Positions 37,427 to 47,152 of a stretch of DNA of 64,000 bases are shown here, one piece after another. Made by a program: the position numbers and the translations under genes. The notes beneath the pieces were generated by a model. It was not told where the DNA came from. It did no database searches and saw only the letters and a list, made by a program, of their open reading frames with translations. The DNA is from a virus. The stretch is taken from the IMG/VR virus record IMGVR_UViG_3300002835_000025; one strand, given 5' to 3'. Numbering within the stretch: position 1 is the stretch's first letter; each line of letters starts with the position of its first letter.

Positions 37427-38089
37427 ATGAAACTTAGCAAAGACACGTTATCTGTATTAAAAAACTATAGTAGTATTAATCAAAATATTTTATTTTCTCC
37501 TGGAAATATTCTAAAAACCAGAACAATCCAAAACACTCTATTATCAACAGCAACAGTATCTGACACATTCCCTATTGAATTTGGCATTTACGATCTATCA
37601 GAGTTCCTTAGTGTATTATCATTATTTCAAAATCCTGAATTAGAATTTAATGAAAAATATGTTAAAATCTTTGAAGAAAATAATTCCATAAAATATTATG
37701 CTGCTGATGAATCGGTTCTTGAAGTTCCAAAAAAGGACATCAATTTTCCAGAAGCAGAGATTCAGTTGTTACTCACTGCTGAAAATTTATCACTTATCAG
37801 TAAAACTGCATCAGTATTAAAAGCGTCTGATGTGTCATTTGTTGGTCAAGATGGTCAAGTCAAAATTGTAGTTGCTGATAAGAAAAATGACACTTCAAAT
37901 TCTTTTGAATTGGAACTTGGTAATACAGACTTAGAATTCAAAGTTAATGTTAAAGTTGACATGCTAAAATTTATCCCAGGAGAATATCAAGTTTCTATTT
38001 CTTCTAAAAGAGTATCAAGATTCTCTTCAACAACATCTGATTTAGTCTATTATGTCGGTATCGAGGCAGATTCTACTTTTAATATCTAA
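37427..38089 (+). CDS. gp45: Sliding clamp gp45
   Basis: MKLSKDTLSVLKNYSSIN and FGIYDLSEFL. Confidence 0.95.
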   Translation: MKLSKDTLSVLKNYSSINQNILFSPGNILKTRTIQNTLLSTATVSDTFPIEFGIYDLSEFLSVLSLFQNPELEFNEKYVKIFEENNSIKYYAADESVLEVPKKDINFPEAEIQLLLTAENLSLISKTASVLKASDVSFVGQDGQVKIVVADKKNDTSNSFELELGNTDLEFKVNVKVDMLKFIPGEYQVSISSKRVSRFSSTTSDLVYYVGIEADSTFNI

Positions 38090-38104
38090 TAGGAACTTTA
38101 TATA

Positions 38105-39055
38105 ATGAACACTATTGACAATCAATTCTTATGGGTAGAAAAATACCGTCCTCAAAATATAGAAGACTGCATTCTTCCTGAATCTCTCAAAACAACATTT
38201 AAAGAATTTGTAAGCAAATCACAACTTCCAAATTTTCTTTTATCAGGAACTGCTGGCGTTGGTAAAACAACAATAGCAAAAGCTCTATGTAATGAAATTG
38301 GTGCTGAATATATTGTCATTAATGGATCAGATGAAGGAAGATCCATTGAAGTATTAAGAGGTACTATTCGAAGTTTTGCTTCAACTGTATCTCTTACTGA
38401 TTCTAAAAAGGTAATCATTATTGATGAAGCTGATTATATGAATCCCAATTCTGTCCAACCGGCTTTGCGTTCATTTATGGAAGAATTCTCTGCTAATTGC
38501 AGATTCATATTCACTTGTAATTTCAAAGATAGAATTATTGAACCACTTCACAGCAGATGCACATGCATTGAGTTTAAAATTTCTAATAAAGATAAACAAT
38601 TAATAGCTGCATTATTCTTTAAAAGAGTAACACAAATCTTAAAATCAGAAAATGTTGAATTTGATGCTAAGGTTGTATCTGAATTGGTCATCAAACACTT
38701 TCCAGATTATAGAAGAATATTGAATGAACTTCAAAGGTATTCTGTATCAGGTAAAATTGACGTTGGATTATTAGTGAATCTTTCTGATGATAATTTTTCT
38801 AATCTTGTTAAATTATTAAAAGAAAAGAACTTCACTGAGGTTCGTAAATGGGTAAGCAGTAATACTGACTCGGAACCTAGTGAAATTTATAGAAAACTAT
38901 ATGACAAAGCAATTGACTATTTGGAACAACCTAGCATTCCTGAAATTGTTCTAATTCTTGGCGAATGGGGATATCGTAATGCATTTGCCATTGACCGTGA
39001 AATTAACACAATGGCATGTTTGACTGAAATTATGGCAACCTGTAGGTTTAAATAG
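38105..39055 (+). CDS. gp44: Clamp loader ATPase gp44
   Basis: LWVEKYRP, GTAGVGKTT, IIDEAD and PLHSRC. Confidence 0.96.
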   Translation: MNTIDNQFLWVEKYRPQNIEDCILPESLKTTFKEFVSKSQLPNFLLSGTAGVGKTTIAKALCNEIGAEYIVINGSDEGRSIEVLRGTIRSFASTVSLTDSKKVIIIDEADYMNPNSVQPALRSFMEEFSANCRFIFTCNFKDRIIEPLHSRCTCIEFKISNKDKQLIAALFFKRVTQILKSENVEFDAKVVSELVIKHFPDYRRILNELQRYSVSGKIDVGLLVNLSDDNFSNLVKLLKEKNFTEVRKWVSSNTDSEPSEIYRKLYDKAIDYLEQPSIPEIVLILGEWGYRNAFAIDREINTMACLTEIMATCRFK

Positions 39056-39063
39056 GATATATT

Positions 39064-39447
39064 ATGACTAAGCCATTTGAATTTGTTAATGCTATAAATT
39101 ATACTAAGGAATACTTGTTTAATGACCCACAATCTGAAAAGGATTACAATTCATTTTTGGTAAATAGAAGTCTGTCATACTTTGTTGATACTATCATGTT
39201 TGCTTCAGAAATGAATAGGTATCCTCAATTGACAAACAAACAACAATTCGACTATTATATAAATATCATTGCAAGGAAAAAGCGTTTCTCGAAGTGGGCT
39301 GAAAAGGAATCAAAATCTGATAACTTAGATGCGGTCTGTTCATATTATGGATATTCTAAACAGAGAGGTAAAGATGTTTTGGATATGCTAAGCAGTGAAC
39401 AGATCAAGTTCATAAAAGAGAAACAATATACAGGTGGTCGAAAATGA
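39064..39447 (+). CDS. gp62: Clamp loader small subunit gp62
   Basis: Y..FLVNRSLSY..DT...A.EMN and KRFSKW; synteny. Confidence 0.9.
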   Translation: MTKPFEFVNAINYTKEYLFNDPQSEKDYNSFLVNRSLSYFVDTIMFASEMNRYPQLTNKQQFDYYINIIARKKRFSKWAEKESKSDNLDAVCSYYGYSKQRGKDVLDMLSSEQIKFIKEKQYTGGRK

Positions 39448-39860
39448 TTGAAAACTATGACAACTTGACCGATAATATGTTAGAGATTGCCATACCTGAG
39501 CCAGACAGTTTTTTAAAAATAAAAGAAACTCTGTCACGTATTGGGGTTGCTTCAAAAAAGGACAATATATTATATCAGTCATGCCACATACTACACAAAC
39601 AAGGAAGATATTATTTAGTTCATTTCAAAGAATTATTTGCTCTTGACGGAAAGGAATCTAATATTTCTCAAGATGATATCGAAAGAAGAAATGCAATTGC
39701 TATATTATTACAAGATTGGAATCTGTTAAAAGTTATTGATGCTAATAAAGTTATTAAGAGAGCTTCATTATCGTCTATTAAAATTTTAACATACCAAGAA
39801 AAATCAGAATGGACATTAACCCCGAAATATAATATTGGTGTTAGAAAACAATCCAAATAA
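39444..39860 (+). CDS. regA: Translational repressor RegA
   Basis: FLKIKETLSRIGVAS and LYQSCHILHKQGRYYLVHFKELF. Confidence 0.96.
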   Translation: MIENYDNLTDNMLEIAIPEPDSFLKIKETLSRIGVASKKDNILYQSCHILHKQGRYYLVHFKELFALDGKESNISQDDIERRNAIAILLQDWNLLKVIDANKVIKRASLSSIKILTYQEKSEWTLTPKYNIGVRKQSK

Positions 39861-39861
39861 T

Positions 39862-39891
39862 GTTTACAATTCGTTATTTGTATGATATAAT
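39862..39891 (+). promoter_or_regulatory. Early promoter
   Basis: GTTTAC-N18-TATAAT. Confidence 0.75.
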
Positions 39892-39920
39892 TATTTTTTA
39901 TTAACAAACTGGAATATAAT

Positions 39921-40109
39921 ATGACACAACCTTTAGATGAAAATACTACAGAATTGAACATCGTCTTAACAATCACTGATGTAAATAAATTACTAGCAAT
40001 TCTAGGCAAATATCCATTCGATGAAATTAATGCGTTAATTGGTAAAATTTATGCTCAAGGCGAGGCACAGATTAAAGAACTATTGCCGACAGAAGAGCCA
40101 ACAGAATAA
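39921..40109 (+). CDS. Hypothetical protein
   Basis: 62-aa ORF behind a promoter. Confidence 0.6.
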   Translation: MTQPLDENTTELNIVLTITDVNKLLAILGKYPFDEINALIGKIYAQGEAQIKELLPTEEPTE

Positions 40110-40110
40110 G

Positions 40111-40207
40111 TTGTTTGTTCTGATGGGGAACATTAAAACTCATCAAAAACAAATCACGTCTTCGGAGTGATTATTACTAAAATCTCGCTGAAAAGGAGAA
40201 CATTATG
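40111..40207 (+). promoter_or_regulatory. ROSE-like RNA thermometer in the hsp20 5' UTR
   Basis: TCTCGCT-GAAA-AGGAGA (40183-99) pairs UCGCU with the SD through a bulged G; two upstream hairpins. Confidence 0.6.
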
Positions 40208-40657
40208 TTAGCAAATCAATTAGTTCAATTCGATAAAGAACTCTTAAAATTCTTTGTAGGATTTGATACACATTCAGAAGCAATTAGAAAAGCCACTGAA
40301 AATCTTAAAAATCAGAAGTCTTATCCTCCGTATAATATTAAAACGGTTGGTGATAATTCTTACATAATTGAGATTGCTGTTGCTGGTTTTAGCCGTAATG
40401 ATATTGATGTGGAACTTTATAACAGAACACTGACTGTGACTGGTAAATCCGCGGAACCAGATGATAGTGTTTACTTGTATAAAGGATTGGCATCAAGAGC
40501 ATTTACTAGAACTTTTACAATTGCTGAAAATGTGGTAGTATCTGAAATTAAGTTAAACGATGGTATGTTGCGTATCTTTCTTGACCATATCATCCCAGAG
40601 GAACTTCGTCCTCGTAAACTTGAAATCAATACTTCCAATAATTTGTTGTTAGGTTAA
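40205..40657 (+). CDS. hsp20: Small heat-shock protein (Hsp20/IbpA-like)
   Basis: YPPYNI, IEIAVAGF, YKGLASRAFTRTF and DGML. Confidence 0.93.
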   Translation: MLANQLVQFDKELLKFFVGFDTHSEAIRKATENLKNQKSYPPYNIKTVGDNSYIIEIAVAGFSRNDIDVELYNRTLTVTGKSAEPDDSVYLYKGLASRAFTRTFTIAENVVVSEIKLNDGMLRIFLDHIIPEELRPRKLEINTSNNLLLG

Positions 40658-40665
40658 ATTTTATA

Positions 40666-40692
40666 GGGGGAATAGTTATCCCCCTTCTTTTT
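40666..40692 (+). terminator. Intrinsic terminator
   Basis: GGGGGA-ATAGTTA-TCCCCC with T-rich tail. Confidence 0.8.
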
Positions 40693-40707
40693 CTTTATGG
40701 ATATATT

Positions 40708-41013
40708 ATGACACAAACAATACTCGCATTTCGTTTATTATCAGGCGATGAAGTTATTTCTATCATTGCTTCAGAAACTGATACAACTTACGAACTAGAA
40801 AACCCCGCTCAAATTGCAACTCAAATGACAGAATCTGGCAAGATTGGTCTTATGATTGCCGCTTTCCAACCTTATGCAGAATCAAATATCACTCTTAATA
40901 AACATGCTATTGCTTCTATTTGTATTCCTGCCCAAGGTCTTGCTGATGAATATAAATCAAAGTTTGAAGAGTCTCTAATCATCACTCCTCCTAATCAAAA
41001 AATTATCGTTTAG
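40708..41013 (+). CDS. Conserved T4-like hypothetical protein (Sm-like)
   Basis: RLLSGDEVI...L.NP motif; usual position before gp43. Confidence 0.6.
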   Translation: MTQTILAFRLLSGDEVISIIASETDTTYELENPAQIATQMTESGKIGLMIAAFQPYAESNITLNKHAIASICIPAQGLADEYKSKFEESLIITPPNQKIIV

Positions 41014-41027
41014 ATTGGAGAAATAGA

Positions 41028-41588
41028 ATGCTAGTATTGGATATTGAAACTCTTGATATTGAATCAACTGCCGTAGTATTATCAGCATCAATGGTATACT
41101 TTGACGAAAATGATACTTGGTCAAGTTTATTGAAAAAGGCAGTATTTGTAAAATTTGATGCAAAAGAACAAGTTCAAAAATATAAAAGAACTATATCTAA
41201 AGACACTCTGTCATGGTGGAATACTCAATCTGATGCAGCAAGAGAAGTATCATTTAAACCAAAGCCTGATGATCTTACTGTAGAACAAGGAATTTCTTTA
41301 TTAAGAGAATACTTAAGTAATGATACTAATCCTACTAAGATTATTTGGGTAAGAGGAAGTCTTGATCAAATGGTAATTGATAGTTTATGCCGATCTGCAA
41401 AATTAGAACCATTAGCAAGATATAACCATTACAGAGACATTAGGACTGGAATTGATATACTATCAGAATCTTCTGTAAACGGATACTGCAAAGTCAATTG
41501 CGAAGACTTTAACATTGACTGGGTAGATAAACATAATCCAATACACGACATTGCTTACGACGCATTGCAACTGCTTCACCCAAACTAA
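41028..41588 (+). CDS. dexA: DEDDh 3'-5' exonuclease (DexA-like)
   Basis: LDIETL, TLSWW..Q, W.RGS.D, RDIRT and HNPIHD.AYD. Confidence 0.8.
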   Translation: MLVLDIETLDIESTAVVLSASMVYFDENDTWSSLLKKAVFVKFDAKEQVQKYKRTISKDTLSWWNTQSDAAREVSFKPKPDDLTVEQGISLLREYLSNDTNPTKIIWVRGSLDQMVIDSLCRSAKLEPLARYNHYRDIRTGIDILSESSVNGYCKVNCEDFNIDWVDKHNPIHDIAYDALQLLHPN

Positions 41589-41589
41589 T

Positions 41590-41628
41590 ATGTACACAGA
41601 GGGCTATTAATGATATAATAGCCCTTTT
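41590..41628 (+). promoter_or_regulatory. Early promoter overlapped by an inverted repeat (terminator or operator) before gp43
   Basis: ATGTAC-N18-TATAAT; AGGGCTATTA/TAATAGCCCT stem followed by a T run. Confidence 0.6.
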
Positions 41629-41645
41629 TATATCATGAGGAAAAA

Positions 41646-42632
41646 ATGATGATTAACGAATTTTATACAAATGCAATCCAATATGGTAATAAAATACTTG
41701 TCAGATCTATTAGAGATGGATTGCCACAAAAGCAGAAAATCGATTTTTACCCTACCTTATATACCACATCAGGAAAATCTTCAGAATCTTCTTCATTCAA
41801 GTCTTTACATGGAGTAGAATTATACGAAATAAAACCGGGTACCATAAATGATTGCAAAGATTTCATAAAAACTTACGAAAATGCGATGCCTGTGTATGGA
41901 CAAACAAACTATGCATATCAATATATTGAAGAAAATTACAAAACCGATATAAAGTTTGATTCTGACTTATTAAAAATCATTGCTATCGATATAGAAACTG
42001 CAAATGAAGAATCTGGTTTTCCTCATCCAAAATACGCTAATGAAGAAATTCTACTAATTACTGTCAGAGATCTTAAAACTAAATCTACAAAAATATTTGG
42101 ATCTAGACCTTATGAAGGAAAACATAAAGCAGATTTTGTCCTTTGTAAAGACGAAAATCAATTACTTCAGCAATTTGTGACTCATTGGCAACAAAGAATC
42201 CCTGACATTATTACGGGTTGGAATATTGACAACTTTGATATTCCGTACATTATTAATAGACTACTAAGAACTATAGGAGAAGATTATGTTAAAAAACTTT
42301 CTCCATGGAATATAGTCAATGAACGTTCTAAAAAGGTTAATAACGTAGAACAACAGACTTATGAAATACTCGGTGTGTCATCTTTAGACTATATTGAACT
42401 CTATAAGAAATATTCTAAAAAAAACCAGGAGTCATACAGACTAGACCATATAGCATTTGTAGAACTTGGTGAAAGAAAACTGGATCATAGCCAATGGAAT
42501 ACTTTCAAGGAATTTTACTCTGGTGAATATGACACTCATAAAATTAGGCCAGAGTATGAAAATTCGGATACAAAGTCTTATAGAAGAACACAGATAAAAT
42601 TAGAGTTAATTAGACGCGGACTAACAGTTTAA
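41646..42632 (+). CDS. gp43: DNA polymerase gp43, N-terminal fragment (N domain, Exo I and II)
   Basis: [19 protein letters not shown] and [15 protein letters not shown]; stops before Exo III. Confidence 0.92.
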   Translation: MMINEFYTNAIQYGNKILVRSIRDGLPQKQKIDFYPTLYTTSGKSSESSSFKSLHGVELYEIKPGTINDCKDFIKTYENAMPVYGQTNYAYQYIEENYKTDIKFDSDLLKIIAIDIETANEESGFPHPKYANEEILLITVRDLKTKSTKIFGSRPYEGKHKADFVLCKDENQLLQQFVTHWQQRIPDIITGWNIDNFDIPYIINRLLRTIGEDYVKKLSPWNIVNERSKKVNNVEQQTYEILGVSSLDYIELYKKYSKKNQESYRLDHIAFVELGERKLDHSQWNTFKEFYSGEYDTHKIRPEYENSDTKSYRRTQIKLELIRRGLTV

Positions 42633-43470
42633 ATTGTTTACAGTTTGTGCCATGCCATCTATTATAATTAAGAGGATCAAAACTGCAGTTGCAATATTCA
42701 CAAAGTATTGATTCTTTCTTTTTCATAGGTGGCAATTCTATTTCAGATTTGAATACATTTAAAGAACTGTCAAATATTGTCCAAGTTTTAGAAACTAGTC
42801 TTGTATTTCCTAGTGTTAAATTATATATTTTCTGTGGGCTTATTTTTGTTAATTGATGAAATTCTGATATAGTCATATCAAATACATCTTTAGTTATTAC
42901 ATTTTTAAATTTGAAAATGTCTTTTTTAAACCAAGGTTTACTTTGCTTTGCAATTTTACCAAAATTAATATTTTTACATTCAATAGAACATAATTTCTGG
43001 CTAATATTATGTGTAATTATTTCTTTATTACATACGGAACAATTTATAGTGATATACTTTCTGTTCGATAGCGCTTTCAATGATCTATTCTGTTTAATTA
43101 TTTCTTTAGTACACGATCTAGAACAACAATTACTGCATCCGCTAAATTCTTTATAACAATATTTGCAAATTTTCATTGGCTTAAGTTTTTTAACTCCAGT
43201 ATTTCCATCTCCGCCATCAGTCTTATTTAGGAGTATACCTGTCCCAATGTCTTTTCGCCCATGCCATCTTATCATTCTTCTTTCTATTGCTAATGCTCCA
43301 ACTTCAGATAAATTCGTTTCTAGGAATATTATCTTTGTTCTATCCTTTGGCACAGATATTCCTTTATGAATATCATAGGCTCTAGTATTCTTACCTTTTC
43401 CAATGTAATATGGTGTTCCGTCTGACTTTCTAATATATGCATACACGTAATATATAAGATCGCTGGTCAT
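42610..43470 (-). mobile_element. Free-standing GIY-YIG-like homing endonuclease inserted antisense within gp43
   Basis: [15 protein letters not shown]...RA, conserved E, N.TDGGDG, multiple CxxC fingers and C-terminal CxxC..RWH..NC. Confidence 0.85.
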
Positions 43471-43561
43471 GATAGTTCCTTGAATTGTCTTAAGAATGAT
43501 TAGTGCTACTGGAGCCTAGGAACTCGCGAGTAGCTTTTTTAGTTTGTACAATCTATTTATA
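43471..43561 (-). promoter_or_regulatory. Late promoter and structured leader of the endonuclease
   Basis: TATAAATA on - (43554-61); GCTACT..AGTAGC stem; AAGGA RBS. Confidence 0.65.
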
Positions 43562-43573
43562 ATATCAATAGAT

Positions 43574-43603
43574 GTTTACTTTTTGTTGTTATTGTGATAT
43601 TAT
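43574..43603 (+). promoter_or_regulatory. Early promoter for the gp43 C-terminal fragment
   Basis: GTTTAC-N18-TATTAT with TG extension; AGGAG RBS follows. Confidence 0.7.
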
Positions 43604-43627
43604 ATACATTTATTATAGGAGAACATT

Positions 43628-45307
43628 ATGTTTAGTGATATATCAGATAAAGATTTATTAGATGAATATTATAAATTAGATAAAGAAATAAAGCAAGAAT
43701 CATGGACTACATATACTGATTACAATTATCATGACGTATTGCTTATTGATAAATTGGATGAGCAATTAAAGTTTATCGAGTTACAACTCACAATGGCATA
43801 TACTGCCAAGATTAATTATCAAGAAGCATTTAGTCCGGTTAGACTATGGGACTCTACAATCTATCACTATCTTATTAATAAGAACATTATTATTCCTAAC
43901 ATGGACAGAAATGTTAAAGGAGAATTAATGGGTGCCTATGTAAAGACTCCTATTACTGGCATTCATAAATGGATCGCGTCATTCGATTTGGCATCATTAT
44001 ATCCTCATCTAATAATGCAATACAATATCAGCCCAGAAACATTAACAACTACGAAATTGTCATTCACTATTGATAATTTATTAGACAAAATTGAACTTCC
44101 AAAAGTTGATTATGCAATTACTGCTAATGGTTGGTGCTATTCTAAAGATAAGCGCGGATTCCTACCAGAGTTGATGGACACTATGTATGCAAATCGTTCT
44201 ATGCATAAGAAACAAATGTTAAAGCATGAACAGCAATACGAGAGTGATAAGAACAATAAGGAACTATCAAAAGAAATTTCAAGACTTAATAACTTGCAAC
44301 TAGCTCTAAAGGAAACACTAAACAGTGCATACGGAGCTATTGGAATGCCATACTTCCGATATTATGATTTGAGAATGGCAGAATCCATAACATCATCTGG
44401 ACAGTTCTCGATAAAATGGATAGCAAACAGAATTAACAAATATTTGAATTCAGCTTTGAAAACAAATAACACCGATTATATTATTGCTTCGGATACCGAT
44501 TCTGTGTACGTGTCATTGGAAACTTTGGTCGAAACGACTCAAGGTGAAAAATCGACAGAAGATAAAATCAAATTCATGGATTCATTCTGCGGCAAAGTCT
44601 TAACTCCGTTAATAGAAAAATCATATATCGAGTTAGCAGAGTACATGAATGCCTATGAACAAAAGATGCAAATGAAACGAGAAGTACTTGCTGATAAAGG
44701 TTTGTGGACGGCTAAGAAAAGATATGCATTAAGAGTTCATAACTCTGAAGGTGTTCAGTATGATAAACCAAAAATGAAAATTATGGGCATTGAGATTGTA
44801 AAGTCATCGACTCCAACTGCCATAAGAGAAAAATTGAAGTCAACTATTGATATTATTTTTAATGACACTAATTTGGACCTCATAAGATTCATTGAAGACA
44901 CTAGACAGGAATTTAAAACATTAGCAGTAGAAGATATTGCTATTCCAAGTACAGTTAATGGAATGATAAAATTTTCTAATGACAAAACTATTTATTCTAA
45001 AGGCTGTCCGATTTATGTCAGAGGAGGTTTATTATACAATAAAGTTGTTAAAGATATGAAACTTGATCAGAAGTATCCTTTAATAGGCGCAGGAGACAAA
45101 TTAAAATATGTTTATTTGAAACTCCCAAATACTATTAAAGAAGATGTTATTGGATTCCCTACTGAATTACCAATGGAATTCGGATTACATAAGTATATTG
45201 ACTACAACACTCAGTTTGAAAAAGTGTTCTTGAATCCATTAGAAAAGATTGTCGATGCTATTGGTTGGAATTTAAAAGAGCAATCGACTTTAGATGCATT
45301 CTTCTAA
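43628..45307 (+). CDS. gp43: DNA polymerase gp43, C-terminal fragment (Exo III plus polymerase)
   Basis: YNYHD (Exo III), SFDLASLYP, K..LNSAYG, ASDTDS, KKRY and clamp-binding TLDAFF. Confidence 0.95.
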   Translation: MFSDISDKDLLDEYYKLDKEIKQESWTTYTDYNYHDVLLIDKLDEQLKFIELQLTMAYTAKINYQEAFSPVRLWDSTIYHYLINKNIIIPNMDRNVKGELMGAYVKTPITGIHKWIASFDLASLYPHLIMQYNISPETLTTTKLSFTIDNLLDKIELPKVDYAITANGWCYSKDKRGFLPELMDTMYANRSMHKKQMLKHEQQYESDKNNKELSKEISRLNNLQLALKETLNSAYGAIGMPYFRYYDLRMAESITSSGQFSIKWIANRINKYLNSALKTNNTDYIIASDTDSVYVSLETLVETTQGEKSTEDKIKFMDSFCGKVLTPLIEKSYIELAEYMNAYEQKMQMKREVLADKGLWTAKKRYALRVHNSEGVQYDKPKMKIMGIEIVKSSTPTAIREKLKSTIDIIFNDTNLDLIRFIEDTRQEFKTLAVEDIAIPSTVNGMIKFSNDKTIYSKGCPIYVRGGLLYNKVVKDMKLDQKYPLIGAGDKLKYVYLKLPNTIKEDVIGFPTELPMEFGLHKYIDYNTQFEKVFLNPLEKIVDAIGWNLKEQSTLDAFF

Positions 45308-45308
45308 T

Positions 45309-45338
45309 GTGTACATTATAATCGATATAGTGTATAAT
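45309..45338 (+). promoter_or_regulatory. Early promoter
   Basis: GTGTAC-N18-TATAAT. Confidence 0.7.
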
Positions 45339-45367
45339 ATTATTTTATTATTTAAAAAGGAAATATT

Positions 45368-46231
45368 ATGTCAGAATTATTAGCAAAAATTAAAAAGACT
45401 TGTACCATTAAAGATTCTTCTGTATTGAGTGCATCAAAATATTTTAATAAAAAGGATATGATTCAAACTCAGATTCCTGCATTAAATGTTGCATTATCTG
45501 GAGAATTGGATGGAGGTTTTGTTCCTGGTCTGACATTATGGTGTGGTCCAAGTAAACATTTCAAATCGATGTTTTCATTAATCATGGCTAAAGCTTACAT
45601 GGACAAATATCCTGAAGCAATTATGATTTTTTATGATTGCGAATTTGGAACTCCAACTGCGTATTTTAGTTCTCTTAATATTGATACAAATAGAATTCTT
45701 CATGTTCCTGTAATGAATATGGAAGAATTCAAATTTGATGTCATTAAACAATTAGAAGGACTTGATAGAGGAGATAGGGTAATTTTTATCATTGACTCTC
45801 TAGGTAATATGTCTTCCAAAAAAGAAATGGAAGATGCTATTGATGGAAAATCAGTACAAGATATGTCTAGAGCTAAACAAATGAAATCAATTTTTAGAAT
45901 GATTACGCCATATCTTAATAGATTAGACATTCCAATGGTAGCAGTTAACCACATCTATATGTGTGGAACAGAAGAAATGGAAGTTATTTCGGATAATGGT
46001 GCAATTAGTCTAAAAAATATCACGCCGGGAATGTTAGTGGAAACTACCAATGGACTTCAACCCGTCACTAATGTATTTAAGTATGAGGACGCGTATGTGT
46101 CTGATATTGAAATGGAAGACGGCACAATACTATCATTTACACAAGGACATAGATTCATGGTAAATGGAGAATGGGTCTTTGTAGAGGATCTTCAAGAAGG
46201 AATGGAACTTGATATAAAACCCATCTCGTAA
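45368..46231 (+). CDS. uvsX: UvsX recombinase N-extein fused to split-intein N half
   Basis: GPSKHFKS, IIDSLGN, DMSRAK and VNHIYM, followed by intein C1 at 45962. Confidence 0.92.
   Translation: MSELLAKIKKTCTIKDSSVLSASKYFNKKDMIQTQIPALNVALSGELDGGFVPGLTLWCGPSKHFKSMFSLIMAKAYMDKYPEAIMIFYDCEFGTPTAYFSSLNIDTNRILHVPVMNMEEFKFDVIKQLEGLDRGDRVIFIIDSLGNMSSKKEMEDAIDGKSVQDMSRAKQMKSIFRMITPYLNRLDIPMVAVNHIYMCGTEEMEVISDNGAISLKNITPGMLVETTNGLQPVTNVFKYEDAYVSDIEMEDGTILSFTQGHRFMVNGEWVFVEDLQEGMELDIKPIS
45962..46228 (+). mobile_element. Split intein N-fragment (89 aa)
   Basis: Block A CGTEEMEV; block B TQGHRF; W..VEDL.EG. Confidence 0.88.
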
Positions 46232-46272
46232 TTGCAATAAATAATTCATATATACATTTTAAAGGGTTTTAT

Positions 46273-47073
46273 ATGAATTATTTGAAACATTACGAATTAT
46301 TAATTACTAGAGCAAAATCTAGAAGTAAAATTTTAGAGTATATTGAGAAACATCATATAGTTCCAAAGTGTTTAGGTGGAAATAATGATATTGACAATAT
46401 TGCTGAACTAACACCAGAGGAACATTATTTTGCCCATCAACTACTAGCAAAAATATATCCAGATAATTGCGGGTTAATTAGTGCATGTAAATTGATGGGA
46501 GGAAGTATTTCGGGAAAAAGAAGTAATAATAAAATCTATGGGTGGATAAGAAGAAAATCTAATATATTGATGGGACAGTCAATTAGGAAACTTCATATTG
46601 ATAAAAGAGATATGAAGTCTATATCATTAGGATTTGAAAATTATATTGATATGTCTAAGTCTATATGGGATTTATTCATAACCCATAAATTACATTATAC
46701 TTCTATAGAAGAAAAATTTGGGGTTAGTCGGCATTTTATAAAAAGATCTTTAGAAGTATATGCTAAAGATAATGACTTATTAGATGAGTTAGCTCAAGGT
46801 TATTATGATCTTAAGTCAAGCAGTCAAAAACTAGGCAGATCTAAATTTACTGAAGATCAAGAAAGCAATAGAATAACAGCATTAAAAAATATTGACTATG
46901 CCGCTAGATCATTAAAAACCGGTTCTAGAAAAGGATCATTAAATCCAACATTTGGTAAAACTTGGTCTCATATTAAAATGATGTGCCCATATTGTAATAA
47001 AGAAGTCGGCGGAAAGCGTTGGCATTTTGATAACTGCAGGAGTAAAAATGAAAATCAAATCAATAAAATTTAA
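46273..47073 (+). mobile_element. Free-standing HNH homing endonuclease between the split-intein halves
   Basis: EKHHIVPKCLGG.N...N...LT.EEH..AH.LL; NPTFGK; CPYC..RWH..NC. Confidence 0.88.
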
Positions 47074-47152
47074 TACACGTAAGGCAGATGTTTACGACAT
47101 TGAAACTCCTACACACGATTATATATTAAAAAACGGAATAATTTCTCATAAT
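47048..47152 (+). mobile_element. Split intein C-fragment (35 aa)
   Basis: MKIKSIK...VYDIET..HDY...NGIISHN followed by Thr+1. Confidence 0.9.

Noticed and set aside
42520-43700. Group I intron or intein in gp43
   Set aside because: No recognisable intron core, no C/S1...HN intein ends, the endonuclease is antisense, and the downstream half has its own promoter and RBS
47027-47047. ORF-track upstream start for the uvsX C-part (similar cases at 30655, 35859, 36712, 36905, 48000, 52965)
   Set aside because: Downstream ATGs with a better RBS and/or homology give more plausible starts
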